The notes below the pieces were generated by a model. It saw only the letters and a list, made by a program, of their open reading frames with translations. It was not told the DNA's origin and did not search any database. 64,000 bases of DNA from Sphingobacteriaceae bacterium (GTDB taxonomy: Bacteria > Bacteroidota > Bacteroidia > Sphingobacteriales > Sphingobacteriaceae), in assembly GCA_046074105.1 (NCBI GenBank), contig JBJTNQ010000046.1, positions 1,478 through 65,477 on the forward strand. Reading direction: 5' to 3'. Made by a program: the position numbers and the translations under genes. Of the stretch, positions 18,003 to 28,027 are shown in pieces (position 1 is the first letter of the stretch; every line of letters begins with the position of its first letter).

Positions 18003-18154
18003 TGCTCAAAGAAATAGAAGATTTTTATTTTGATGAACGTGGGCTGTTGGTATTTACTGAGAAATACCTGCTTAAAAGAGGCTTCTGTTGCCAAATGGGC
18101 TGTCGGCATTGTCCTTGGCAGAAAAAGCGTAGATTAAAAAAAGATAATAAATAA
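18002..18154 (+). CDS. small Cys-rich protein (DUF5522-like), absent from the ORF track
   Basis: 50 aa: MLKEIEDFYFDERGLLVFTEKYLLKRGFCCQMGCRHCPWQKKRRLKKDNK. TAATG overlap with the upstream stop. CC-x2-GC-x-HCPW motif. Confidence 0.6.
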   Translation: MLKEIEDFYFDERGLLVFTEKYLLKRGFCCQMGCRHCPWQKKRRLKKDNK

Positions 18155-18201
18155 TAATATTTTATCTTTTTAATTAATATTTTTAGTAGAATTGCAAAAG
18201 T

Positions 18202-18657
18202 ATGAGATTAGAAGAAGAAATTGCCACCCGGAAATTTACCAGTAATTACCACAAAGCTGCGGTAAACGTGCTATATACTTATGGATGGTTAACCAATTTG
18301 CTTAGACAACGCTTAGACGATCATGATATTACCCTGCAACAATATAACGTACTCCGAATTTTAAGAGGTCAGTTCCCTAAGCCAGCTACCGTAAATTTAT
18401 TGCGTGAACGTATGCTCGACAAAATGTCAGATGCTTCAAGAATAGTAGAGAGACTCTTTAAAAAAGGGCTATTAAGCCGATCGGCTAATCAGCAAGATCG
18501 TAGAGCGGTTGATATTTTAATTACCAAGAAGGGCCTGGAAATATTAAAAAAACTAGATGCTGAAATGGATGTAGACGATGTTTTATCTCAGGAATTGAGC
18601 GCAGAAGAAGCCGGCTTACTCAGCGATTTGCTCGATAGATTCAGGGGCTCTGTTTAA
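18202..18657 (+). CDS. MarR family transcriptional regulator
   Basis: 151 aa. Winged-HTH block ITLQQYNVLRIL..LLRERMLDKMSDASRIVERL..RS..DRR. Confidence 0.85.
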   Translation: MRLEEEIATRKFTSNYHKAAVNVLYTYGWLTNLLRQRLDDHDITLQQYNVLRILRGQFPKPATVNLLRERMLDKMSDASRIVERLFKKGLLSRSANQQDRRAVDILITKKGLEILKKLDAEMDVDDVLSQELSAEEAGLLSDLLDRFRGSV

Positions 18658-19367
18658 TGGCTTAAAAAACCAAACACCGCTACTCCAATACCCAGCAATA
18701 CCGCGGCTAATTTTTTCAAATTAAAGCGGTGATCTACACTCGATTCGAATAAAATGGTAGTAGAAATGTGCAAAAACATTCCAATAACTACCCCCATAAT
18801 TTGGTTAAAATAAGCTTCCAGGTTACCCATTGCCCCCTTGCTCAGGCTATCGCTTAAAAAATAACCCAGCGGAGACATCAAAGCGAATACAGCCAATAAA
18901 ACCACTATCATTTGCTTACTAACCTTATTCTGTAATAAAACCATACCTAAAGCAAAAGCAGCAGGAATATGGTGTATGGCAATACCAAAAACCAGTTCAT
19001 CTTGCGGGCCCTTGGCAAGCGGCATACCCTCTAAGAAAGCGTGAATACATAAACTGGCCATTATCCCGAAAGGAAAAGCCATATGCCGATGGTTGTGAGC
19101 ATGAATGTGGCCATGTTCTATACCCTCAGAAAATTGCTCTAATACGATCTGAAAAAGAAAGCCCCCTATTACAAACAAACCGATACTGGCATTGCCAGAT
19201 TGATAAACTTCGGGTATAAGGTGCAAAACGGTAATGGCAAACAGGTAAGCACCGCTAAAAGAAAGAATTAATTTTAAACGTTGATTACTCGCCTTTTTTG
19301 AAAAGAAAATAGTTAGCCCGCCTAAAAAGGCACAGGCAAACAATAAGGCTATTTTCCAGATTTCCAT
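18654..19367 (-). CDS. ZIP family metal transporter
   Basis: 237 aa with 7-8 TM helices and a His-rich loop (EHGHIHAHNHRH). Confidence 0.85.
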   Translation of the reverse strand: MEIWKIALLFACAFLGGLTIFFSKKASNQRLKLILSFSGAYLFAITVLHLIPEVYQSGNASIGLFVIGGFLFQIVLEQFSEGIEHGHIHAHNHRHMAFPFGIMASLCIHAFLEGMPLAKGPQDELVFGIAIHHIPAAFALGMVLLQNKVSKQMIVVLLAVFALMSPLGYFLSDSLSKGAMGNLEAYFNQIMGVVIGMFLHISTTILFESSVDHRFNLKKLAAVLLGIGVAVFGFLSH

Positions 19368-19924
19368 GTTACTTCAGGTATTAAACGTAAAAACAAAAGT
19401 CCCAACAAGCCACCTATCACACTGCCTAAAATGGCGCCGCAAATTACATCAATGGGAAAATGAACCCCAACATATATTTGGGCAAACCCTATAAAGAAAG
19501 CCCAAAGCAAGGCCGAAGGTAAAATCCATTTGCCTCTTTTATAAAATAAAACAATAAAAAACAGGGCCATGGCAAAATGGTTGGCCGCATGCGACGAAGG
19601 AAAACTATAGCCAGAACCACAAGGAATTAAGTTATTAATCTGTCCGGCCATTTCTTTACAGGGCCTTAGCCGGGCTACAGCCGGCTTAATAACAGATGAA
19701 GCCGTATAATCTGAAATAGCAAAACATAATAACAGAAATAAGATCATATAAACCCCTGCTTTACCAAATTTCTTGACCCAAAAGTAAACCAGCAGCAAAT
19801 AAAGGGGAATCCAGGTAAAGCGATTTCGCAGAATAGGCATCAGGAAATCGAAAAAAGTATTAGATAAGCCCTGATTAATGGCATGGAACCATTGATGGTC
19901 GAGCTGAATTAAGTGATCAAGCAT
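19349..19924 (-). CDS. PAP2 family phosphatase
   Basis: 191 aa. KxxxxxxRP..PSSH..HFPxD motifs (VARLRP, FPSSHAANH, VHFPIDV). Confidence 0.8.
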   Translation of the reverse strand: MLDHLIQLDHQWFHAINQGLSNTFFDFLMPILRNRFTWIPLYLLLVYFWVKKFGKAGVYMILFLLLCFAISDYTASSVIKPAVARLRPCKEMAGQINNLIPCGSGYSFPSSHAANHFAMALFFIVLFYKRGKWILPSALLWAFFIGFAQIYVGVHFPIDVICGAILGSVIGGLLGLLFLRLIPEVTWKSGK

Positions 19925-20654
19925 TCGTTTTTCTACAAATAAATATTAATCGGTCAGATTGCAATTCATCAAAAGGCTGAAGCTGGTAATTTCCAAACTG
20001 ATGTATTATTTCAAAACCGCTATTCTTAAACATTAGTTCAAAATCGGCCGAACTAAATGCCTGAACCTCTTCTTTAAAACCATAATCTTTACCATGGTGT
20101 TCAAAAGCAATGGTTTTCACTATTTTACCCTCAACCACCTGTTTACTGATGTGAAACTCAATTCCATCAATCAATTTAACCTCCTGATGAGACAGGTGAT
20201 GAATAATCTTATGGGTGTTAAAATAATCGAACACCATTAAACCATCGGGTTTTAAAGATTTGTTAAACATCTTTAAGGCCTTTAAATGGTCTTTCTGGGT
20301 TTCAAAATACCCGAAACTGGTAAACAAATTGAAAGCAATATCAAAGTAATTGATGTAAAACAAATGACGCATATCATGCACATAAAAATGCAGGTGCTCA
20401 TTCTCAAAATCTTTGGCAAAGCGAATATTGGCTTCAGAAAGATCAATGCCGGTTACTTCGTAGCCCTTTTTATTTAGATAAATAGCATGTCGGCCCCTAC
20501 CGCAAGCAATATCAAAAAGCCTGGCATTAGCGGCAGGTTTCAAAAATTCGCAAAGATTATCAATAAAAAATTCAGCTTCAGCATCATTACGCTGATGGTA
20601 AAGTATATGATAATAAGGCGAATTGAACCAACTTTGGAACCACTTTCTAGGCAT
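19917..20654 (-). CDS. class I SAM-dependent methyltransferase
   Basis: 245 aa. Motif I LFDIACGRGRH. Confidence 0.85.
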   Translation of the reverse strand: MPRKWFQSWFNSPYYHILYHQRNDAEAEFFIDNLCEFLKPAANARLFDIACGRGRHAIYLNKKGYEVTGIDLSEANIRFAKDFENEHLHFYVHDMRHLFYINYFDIAFNLFTSFGYFETQKDHLKALKMFNKSLKPDGLMVFDYFNTHKIIHHLSHQEVKLIDGIEFHISKQVVEGKIVKTIAFEHHGKDYGFKEEVQAFSSADFELMFKNSGFEIIHQFGNYQLQPFDELQSDRLIFICRKTNA

Positions 20655-20741
20655 CGAAGTATAAAATATTGTTCACAAATATAGGATTAAAATTTTGGGG
20701 CAAACACCAAAATAAGGCAGCAATCATTCAACTGAATTTAT

Positions 20742-20749
20742 TATTTTTG
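20742..20749 (+). promoter_or_regulatory. candidate -7 box TATTTTTG for glmM
   Basis: Matches TAnnTTTG, 20 nt upstream of the GTG at 20770. Confidence 0.35.
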
Positions 20750-20769
20750 ATACTTTCTAGCTTCTACTT

Positions 20770-22158
20770 GTGACTTTAATAAAATCGATTTCCGGAATAC
20801 GGGGAACCATTGGCGGTAAGCCGGGCGATGGTTTAACCCCCTTAGATATTGTAAAATTTACCGCTGCCTTTGGGCAATGGGTAATTAACCAAACCAACAA
20901 TCCTAAAATTGTGCTGGGCCGCGATGCCCGTATATCTGGGCCCATGGTTCAAAACCTGGTAATAGGCACCCTTCAGGGCTTAGGTATTCAGGTTATCGAC
21001 CTTGGCCTCTCTACCACTCCTACTGTAGAATTGGCCGTTCCAATGGAAAAAGCAGGCGGAGGAATTATTCTAACCGCAAGCCATAATCCAAAACAATGGA
21101 ATGCGCTAAAACTATTAAACAGCAAAGGTGAATTTATAAACGATGCCGATGGCAAAGCCGTGTTAAATCTGGCCGAAGCCGTAAACTTTGATTTTTGCGA
21201 GGTGGATGAATTGGGCAAAGTGATTAAAGATGATACCTATCTGCAAAAACATATTGATCACATTCTTAATTTAAAATTGGTAGATGTAGCAGCTATTAAG
21301 GCAGCCAAGTTTAAGATTGCGGTAGATAGCGTAAACTCTAGCGGAGGTATATTTGTACCTGCTTTACTAAAAGCATTGGGTGTAGAAACGGTTTACTCTA
21401 TTTTCGGAGAACCCGATGGTCATTTTCCGCATAACCCGGAACCATTACCTGAAAATTTAACAGCCCTTTCGGGCGAAGTGAAGAAACAAGGTGCCCATTT
21501 AGGTATTGCTGTTGATCCTGATGTAGACCGCTTATGCTTTGTTTGCCAGGATGGTTCTATGTTTGGAGAAGAATACACCCTGGTTGCCGTTGCCGATTAT
21601 GTTTTAAAGAACACCCCGGGAAATACCGTATCTAACCTTTCGTCTACCCGAGCTTTAAGAGATGTTACCGAAGCCAGCGGCAATCAATATCATGCTGCAG
21701 CCGTTGGAGAGGTAAACGTGGTAAATTTAATGAAAGAAAGCAATGCCGTAATTGGCGGCGAAGGCAATGGCGGAATCATTTATCCGGAGTCGCACTATGG
21801 CCGTGACGCATTGGTTGGTATCGGCTTATTTTTAAGCCATTTAGCCAAATCGGGCAAAGACATCTTAACCTTACGTCAGTCTTACCCTAATTACTTTATC
21901 TCCAAAAACAAAATAGATCTGACCCCAGAACTGGACATTGATGCCTTATTGGTTCAAGTACAAGAAAAATACAAAAATCAGCCCATCAGCACCATCGATG
22001 GGGTAAAAATTGAATTTGAAAAGCAATGGGTACACCTGCGAAAATCGAATACCGAACCAATTATTCGGATTTATGCAGAGAGCCCAACCATGGCCGCGGC
22101 CGATCAATTAGCCAATCAGATCATTCAGGATATTAAAAACATTGCTCACCTTAACTAG
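20770..22158 (+). CDS. glmM: phosphoglucosamine mutase
   Basis: 462 aa. SGIRG, active-site TASHNP, DPDVDR metal loop. Confidence 0.92.
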   Translation: MTLIKSISGIRGTIGGKPGDGLTPLDIVKFTAAFGQWVINQTNNPKIVLGRDARISGPMVQNLVIGTLQGLGIQVIDLGLSTTPTVELAVPMEKAGGGIILTASHNPKQWNALKLLNSKGEFINDADGKAVLNLAEAVNFDFCEVDELGKVIKDDTYLQKHIDHILNLKLVDVAAIKAAKFKIAVDSVNSSGGIFVPALLKALGVETVYSIFGEPDGHFPHNPEPLPENLTALSGEVKKQGAHLGIAVDPDVDRLCFVCQDGSMFGEEYTLVAVADYVLKNTPGNTVSNLSSTRALRDVTEASGNQYHAAAVGEVNVVNLMKESNAVIGGEGNGGIIYPESHYGRDALVGIGLFLSHLAKSGKDILTLRQSYPNYFISKNKIDLTPELDIDALLVQVQEKYKNQPISTIDGVKIEFEKQWVHLRKSNTEPIIRIYAESPTMAAADQLANQIIQDIKNIAHLN

Positions 22159-22166
22159 CGGTATAC

Positions 22167-23306
22167 ATGCGGGTTTATTTAGATAATGCGGCAACCACAC
22201 CTTTAGATAAAGAGGTATTAAAGGAAATATACGGAGTAATGGAAGAGCATTTCGGCAATCCATCCTCCATTCATGCTCATGGCCGCGAAGTACGCTCTAT
22301 TGTTGAGAAAGCCAGAAAAACAGTAGCAGGTATTTTAAAAACCTCTCCTGCAGAGATCTTTTTTACTTCGGGGGGCACCGAGGCCGACAATACCGCCATA
22401 CGCTGTGGTATTATAGATCATGGCATTACCCACGCCATTACTACTAAAATAGAACATCATGCGGTGGTACATACGCTCGAAGCATTGGCCAAGCAAGGTA
22501 TGATTAAACTGAGTTTTGTAAACCTGGATAATAAAGGGAACGTAGATTTACAACACTTGGAAGAACTGCTGCAAAACAACGAACGAAGTTTTGTGTCGTT
22601 AATGCATGCCAACAATGAAATTGGCACTCTCACAGATATCGAAAAAGTTGGTGAGCTATGCGAGCAATACCAGGCTTTGTTCCATTGCGATACGGTACAA
22701 ACCATGGGGCATTATGCACACGATCTATCCAAACTAAAGGTTCATTTCATGGTTTGTGCCGCACATAAATTACATGGCCCTAAAGGTGTGGGATTTCTAT
22801 ACATTAACCATCAGATAAAAATTAAACCTTTTATTTATGGCGGCGCCCAGGAGCGAAATATGCGTGGCGGAACAGAAAATGTGTATGGTATTGTAGGTTT
22901 AGCTAAAGCATTAGAAATAGCTTATCAACATATAGATGAGCACCAGCAACACATCCAAGGTTTAAAAGATTACATGATCGATCAGCTGAAGGCGCATGTA
23001 CCCGATGTGGCTTTTAATGGAGAGATCTCGGCCGATAAAAGTTTATATACCGTACTTAATGTTTCCTTTCCGGAGATGGATATGGCCGAAATGCTATTAT
23101 TCAACCTCGATATTGCCGGTATTTCCGCCTCGGGAGGCAGCGCCTGTAGTTCTGGAAGCAATATTGGATCACATGTGCTACACGGTATAGGTGCCGACCC
23201 CAAGCGACCAGCAGTTCGTTTCTCTTTCAGCAAGTACAATACCAAAGAAGAAATTGATTTTGTGATCAGCAAAATCAAAGAGATCTTCCCGGTGAATGCC
23301 GGATAA
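22167..23306 (+). CDS. cysteine desulfurase (NifS/IscS class V aminotransferase)
   Basis: 379 aa. YLDNAATTP, SLMHANNEIG, AHKLHGPKG (PLP Lys), SGGSACSSG. Confidence 0.9.
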   Translation: MRVYLDNAATTPLDKEVLKEIYGVMEEHFGNPSSIHAHGREVRSIVEKARKTVAGILKTSPAEIFFTSGGTEADNTAIRCGIIDHGITHAITTKIEHHAVVHTLEALAKQGMIKLSFVNLDNKGNVDLQHLEELLQNNERSFVSLMHANNEIGTLTDIEKVGELCEQYQALFHCDTVQTMGHYAHDLSKLKVHFMVCAAHKLHGPKGVGFLYINHQIKIKPFIYGGAQERNMRGGTENVYGIVGLAKALEIAYQHIDEHQQHIQGLKDYMIDQLKAHVPDVAFNGEISADKSLYTVLNVSFPEMDMAEMLLFNLDIAGISASGGSACSSGSNIGSHVLHGIGADPKRPAVRFSFSKYNTKEEIDFVISKIKEIFPVNAG

Positions 23307-23356
23307 TGATAAGGCCAATTTGGCGTTATAACATATAAAATAAAGAAGCAAGACTT

Positions 23357-25672
23357 ATGAAAAGGCTACTACCTCTACTCTGCTTCCTGCTAATAAATTC
23401 TGGCCTGCAGGCTCAAAAAATCGGATTGGTTTTTAGCGGCGGTGGTGCTAAAGGTTTAGCTCATATTGGGGTTTTAAAGGCTCTAGAAGAAAACCATATT
23501 CCCATCGATTACATAACCGGAACTTCTATGGGCGGCATTGTGGGCGGCTTATATGCAGCGGGTTATTCGCCTTCGGCAATTGAATACATAGCCTTAAGTC
23601 CAGATTTCCAGAAATGGGTTAATGGGCGTTTCGACAGCCAATACCGTTTTTACTTCAGAAAAAAACAAGACAATCCGGGTTTTATTAATGCTAAGGTAGA
23701 AATAGATACTACCCTGAACGCCAGTTTGCGCTCAAACCTCATTAATGACATACCTCTCAATTTTGCCCTATTGGAATTATTGGCTCAGGCATCGGCCAAT
23801 GCCAAAAACAATTTCGATAGTTTATTTGTGCCCTATCGCTGTATCGTATCTGATATTTTTGCAAAAAAAATGGTTCCCATTAGTAAAGGAAGTTTGGTAG
23901 AAGCCATTAGGGGCACCATGGCTGTACCCTTGGTTTATCGCCCGGTTAAGGTGAATGATAAATATGTGTTTGATGGCGGTATTTATAATAATTTTCCGGT
24001 TGATGTAATGAAAGATGATTTTAAACCGGACTATATCATTGGTATTAATGTTTCCTCTAAAGCCTATAACGATTACCCGAAAGAAAATGAGGAACGCCTG
24101 GTTAATCGATTTCTGATGTATATGTTTTTATCAAATCCGGGTGTTACCGACCTGGGCTCTAAAGGAATATACATACAGCCCGAAATGGGCGAATTAAACT
24201 CTACTAGTTTTAGTGCGGTTCAAGAACTTATTAAAATTGGATACGATGCGGCCATGGCACAAATGCCCGCTATTCTATCGGCCGTTAAAAGAAGAGCAGA
24301 CCCTGCAGATTTAAAGTTCCGCCGAAAGGCGTTTAATGCTAAAAATCCAGATTTGGTTTTCGATCAGGTAAAGGTTAGCGGGGTAAATTCTAAGCAAAAG
24401 GAATACATTGAGAAGGTTTTTAAACCGGGTGGCCGGGAGTTCGATCTGCTTAAAATTAAAGATGGTTTCTATAAACTAGTTGCCGACGAAAATTTTGAAA
24501 CGGTTTATCCGCGAATAAATTATGATGAAAATAAAGATCATTATGCATTCGAAATTCAAGTTAAACCTCAAAAGAATTTCCGTATTGATTTTGGTGGCAG
24601 TATTTCTACCAGGCCGGTAAGCAACGCCTATTTAGGCCTTCAATACAATTTACTCGATAATAGATCTTATACTTTTAGTGCCAATTTTTATTCAGGAAGA
24701 TTCTATGAATCGGCACAATCTACCGTACGTATGGATATTCCTACTCGTAAGTTAATGTATCTGGAAACAGAATTCACTTATAATCACTGGAATTATTTTA
24801 GCACCAGCCAGATCATTGTAGACAAAGTTAAACCTACGTATATTGATCAAACCGATCGTTTATTTGCTATTAAAGTAGGCACTCCTATTGGAGAAAACGG
24901 TAAGTTAGAATTCTTGAGCGGCCTATTAAATTTTAAAGATTATTACAGCCCCAGTAATTTGTATGTTTCTGGCGATGTTTTTGACCAGAATATTTTCCTG
25001 GGCATAGTTAATGCAATAAGCCTGCAAACGAATACGCTAAACCGAAAACAATATGCCACGCAGGGTTTAGCCTTCCAATTAGGATTAGCTTGTTATACGG
25101 GTAAGGAATATTATAATCCTGGTAATGTATTAAGAGATGAGCCAATTTACCCTCAATTATATCCTTTAGAGAATAAGCGTACCTGGATGAAATTTAAAAC
25201 CAGTTTAGAACATTATCCTCATAAAGGGAAACACTTTACTTTTGGCTATCTATTTGAAACAGTTATTAGCAATAAACCTTTGTTCAATACCTACAAATCG
25301 AGTTTGCTAAGCACCCCGAGTTTTAATCCTTTGCAGGATTCTAAATCTATATTTTTGCCAAATTTTAGAGCTAATAGCTTCGCTGCATTAGGGATTAAGA
25401 ACATCCTGAATATTAGAAAGAATTTAGATTTACGCTTAGAGGGCTATCTTTTTCAGGCGTATAAAGCATTAGAGTTAGTTGGGTTGCAGGACGTAAAGAT
25501 GGGAGAATTAATACCCAAAGCACGTTATGCCGCAACTGCAGGACTAGTTTATCACAGTCCGGTTGGCCCCATCAGCTTAAGTTACAATCGGTATGACGAT
25601 CCTCAGAAAACATCTGGAGTAATGTTCCATGCCGGCTTTCTGATCTATAACAGAAGATCGTTTGATTTGTAG
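23357..25672 (+). CDS. patatin-like phospholipase fused to an Omp85/BamA-like beta-barrel (PlpD-like)
   Basis: 771 aa. Signal peptide, GGGAKG oxyanion motif, GTSMGG nucleophile elbow, DGG; C-terminal half is rich in beta-strand repeats. Confidence 0.85.
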   Translation: MKRLLPLLCFLLINSGLQAQKIGLVFSGGGAKGLAHIGVLKALEENHIPIDYITGTSMGGIVGGLYAAGYSPSAIEYIALSPDFQKWVNGRFDSQYRFYFRKKQDNPGFINAKVEIDTTLNASLRSNLINDIPLNFALLELLAQASANAKNNFDSLFVPYRCIVSDIFAKKMVPISKGSLVEAIRGTMAVPLVYRPVKVNDKYVFDGGIYNNFPVDVMKDDFKPDYIIGINVSSKAYNDYPKENEERLVNRFLMYMFLSNPGVTDLGSKGIYIQPEMGELNSTSFSAVQELIKIGYDAAMAQMPAILSAVKRRADPADLKFRRKAFNAKNPDLVFDQVKVSGVNSKQKEYIEKVFKPGGREFDLLKIKDGFYKLVADENFETVYPRINYDENKDHYAFEIQVKPQKNFRIDFGGSISTRPVSNAYLGLQYNLLDNRSYTFSANFYSGRFYESAQSTVRMDIPTRKLMYLETEFTYNHWNYFSTSQIIVDKVKPTYIDQTDRLFAIKVGTPIGENGKLEFLSGLLNFKDYYSPSNLYVSGDVFDQNIFLGIVNAISLQTNTLNRKQYATQGLAFQLGLACYTGKEYYNPGNVLRDEPIYPQLYPLENKRTWMKFKTSLEHYPHKGKHFTFGYLFETVISNKPLFNTYKSSLLSTPSFNPLQDSKSIFLPNFRANSFAALGIKNILNIRKNLDLRLEGYLFQAYKALELVGLQDVKMGELIPKARYAATAGLVYHSPVGPISLSYNRYDDPQKTSGVMFHAGFLIYNRRSFDL

Positions 25673-25683
25673 TGAGGCTTATT

Positions 25684-28026
25684 TTAGAAAGGCATCCCAA
25701 TACCAAAATTATACTGAACAAAGCGATAAACATCTGGATAATGGGTAGTTGCGTAGTTTTGTTTAAACTCTTTGTTAAACATTTTTTTTATAACCCATTG
25801 GTCTGCACCCACAAATTGGGGATCGCGAATTTTAACCGCGGCATCTAAACGGAAGATAAAATAATCCATATCGAAACGTAAACCGGCACCGGCACCTATT
25901 GCCAACTGTTTCAGAAAAGTGTTGGCTTTAAACTCACCGCCCGGATTATCGGCAGCTGGTTTTACTCTCCAAATATTTCCAACATCAGTAAAAGCTGCTC
26001 CTTTAACTTTGGCTCCGAATAAATTATTGATCAATTTAAAACGGTATTCCAAATTGGCTTCCAGCTTTATTTCGCCTAACTGGTCTAAATTTCGAAGATT
26101 TTTACGAATATCGGGATCTATGTCAGCACGATTATATTTACCGGGCCCCAGGGTTCTGGCCTGCCAGGCCCTTACGCCACTGGTTCCGCCGGCATAAAAA
26201 CTCTTTTCAATAGGTAAAGACTCGCTATTACCATAAGGAATTCCTACTCCGGGATTAATTCTAACCACTAATTGTTTATCGCCACCAAAATGCTGATACC
26301 ACCTAACATCTAATTCTGCTTTGGCATATTGCAGATACGAAAGACCGAATATGGTTCTTTGATCGCCCACCGTTTTCAGATTTAGAGTCTTACTCAATAA
26401 ACCTAAAGTATTACCGCTTAGGTCTAAAGCAGAACGGAAGTAAATAAAATTATCCTTACTGTTTAATCGTACGTTGTTATACGTAAAGGTGTACTGACTA
26501 CCAAAGTTTACGAACTGGCGATCGTTGGTTTTTACATATAATACATAACCCTCATCTAATAATTTTTGTCTGAATGCAGGATCAAATTCTCCTTTTCTGT
26601 ACTCTAAGCTAATGGGCGTAAAAGTATGTTTTTTATAACGGGTCTCCAGCCAGTCGTAAGTATAAGAGTTAAGAAAGGAGCGATTAGTAAAGGCGTCTTT
26701 TTGTCTAAAAAACTGAAATCCGGAAGATATAGTGGTATGTGGAATTCCATTTTTTCCCGATACACTATTGCGGAAAGGTGTAAGAATACGTGGAAAACTG
26801 AGATTGGCCCTAATTTCAAAATCGCGGTTAAAAGCACGGTCGCTCAATTGGCTAATCTGTTTCGAATCGAAAAGCATACCATACCTAAACCTAACATCCA
26901 GTTGCTCTGCCCCTCCAAACAGATTCCTGTTGGTATAGGTATTTGCAATATTAAATCCGTATCTGGCCGCATTAAAAGTGTATTCGCCTTCAATACGGTT
27001 AGCCATCTTCTTTAATGGTGTAAAGTCGTACAATACATTTAAGGTTTTCGAAGAATCGGCGGTTTGTTCGTAGCTAATCTTAATGTTCTTAAACACATTT
27101 AACTCGTATAAACGATCGTAAGTTAAGTTCTCCGACTCCAGATTATACAGATTACCTTTTTTAATAAAAAAATAAGGACTAATGGGCTTTAATTTAAAAC
27201 GGCCAGAGTAATCTTTAAGGTAGAACTGGCTGCCTAATACGGTGCTATCTGCCTTGGTGCCCGATATGCTGCCATCGCTATTTCTAATGGTGAGCGAGCT
27301 GTTGTTGATCTTAAAAACTGGATGTTTTTCTTCAGCTACAGGGTTCAGAATACTCATTTTCAAATCAGCCCGATTGGCTTTAGCTGTAGTATCTACCCCT
27401 ACTCTTACATATTGCCGTAAAAATTCGAAATAACCATTCTTTCTCATCAGTTGGTAAATCTGCTCTCGCTCATACGACAAAGAATCTGCATCAAAACGAC
27501 TTTGAGGATGAATGTGAGTAAATGAAGGTCTGTATTTAGCATACAAACCGGCTAATGAGGTATCTGGAATATCAGTTTTAAAATCTCTGATCACATACTC
27601 CTGGCCCGGAATGGCTGTGAAAACTACACGGGCCTTCTGCCCTTTAATTTGAATATCACTTTTAACTTTTGCCCTAAAGAAACCTTTGGTATGCAGAAAT
27701 TTCTCTATCTGCGTACGCGAAATTTCTACCAGAGAACTATCTAAAATAGCTGGAGCCTGCCCTAATTTCCTGATCTTATCTGTACGGTATTTACCGTGTT
27801 TAACGTTTAGCAGATTGTATAAACGTAGATTTATTAAAGATGCCGGCCTTAGATCACGCTGCACATAGGTATTGGCCTGTTCTTCAAAACGATCGTCTAT
27901 GTTTTTAAGCTTCACCTTGGTTACCATCACCTGATCTGGCTGCAAATATCGGGTAGATGAACAACCTGCAGTCAAAAAGAGCGCAAAAAGCAGTATTATT
28001 GTAAACAGATTATTCCTATTGGTCAT
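25684..28026 (-). CDS. BamA/TamA family outer-membrane protein
   Basis: 780 aa. Lipoprotein-like signal (LTAGCSS), POTRA-like N-terminal part and Omp85 barrel ending ..YNFGIGMPF. Confidence 0.8.
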   Translation of the reverse strand: MTNRNNLFTIILLFALFLTAGCSSTRYLQPDQVMVTKVKLKNIDDRFEEQANTYVQRDLRPASLINLRLYNLLNVKHGKYRTDKIRKLGQAPAILDSSLVEISRTQIEKFLHTKGFFRAKVKSDIQIKGQKARVVFTAIPGQEYVIRDFKTDIPDTSLAGLYAKYRPSFTHIHPQSRFDADSLSYEREQIYQLMRKNGYFEFLRQYVRVGVDTTAKANRADLKMSILNPVAEEKHPVFKINNSSLTIRNSDGSISGTKADSTVLGSQFYLKDYSGRFKLKPISPYFFIKKGNLYNLESENLTYDRLYELNVFKNIKISYEQTADSSKTLNVLYDFTPLKKMANRIEGEYTFNAARYGFNIANTYTNRNLFGGAEQLDVRFRYGMLFDSKQISQLSDRAFNRDFEIRANLSFPRILTPFRNSVSGKNGIPHTTISSGFQFFRQKDAFTNRSFLNSYTYDWLETRYKKHTFTPISLEYRKGEFDPAFRQKLLDEGYVLYVKTNDRQFVNFGSQYTFTYNNVRLNSKDNFIYFRSALDLSGNTLGLLSKTLNLKTVGDQRTIFGLSYLQYAKAELDVRWYQHFGGDKQLVVRINPGVGIPYGNSESLPIEKSFYAGGTSGVRAWQARTLGPGKYNRADIDPDIRKNLRNLDQLGEIKLEANLEYRFKLINNLFGAKVKGAAFTDVGNIWRVKPAADNPGGEFKANTFLKQLAIGAGAGLRFDMDYFIFRLDAAVKIRDPQFVGADQWVIKKMFNKEFKQNYATTHYPDVYRFVQYNFGIGMPF

Positions 28027-28027
28027 T

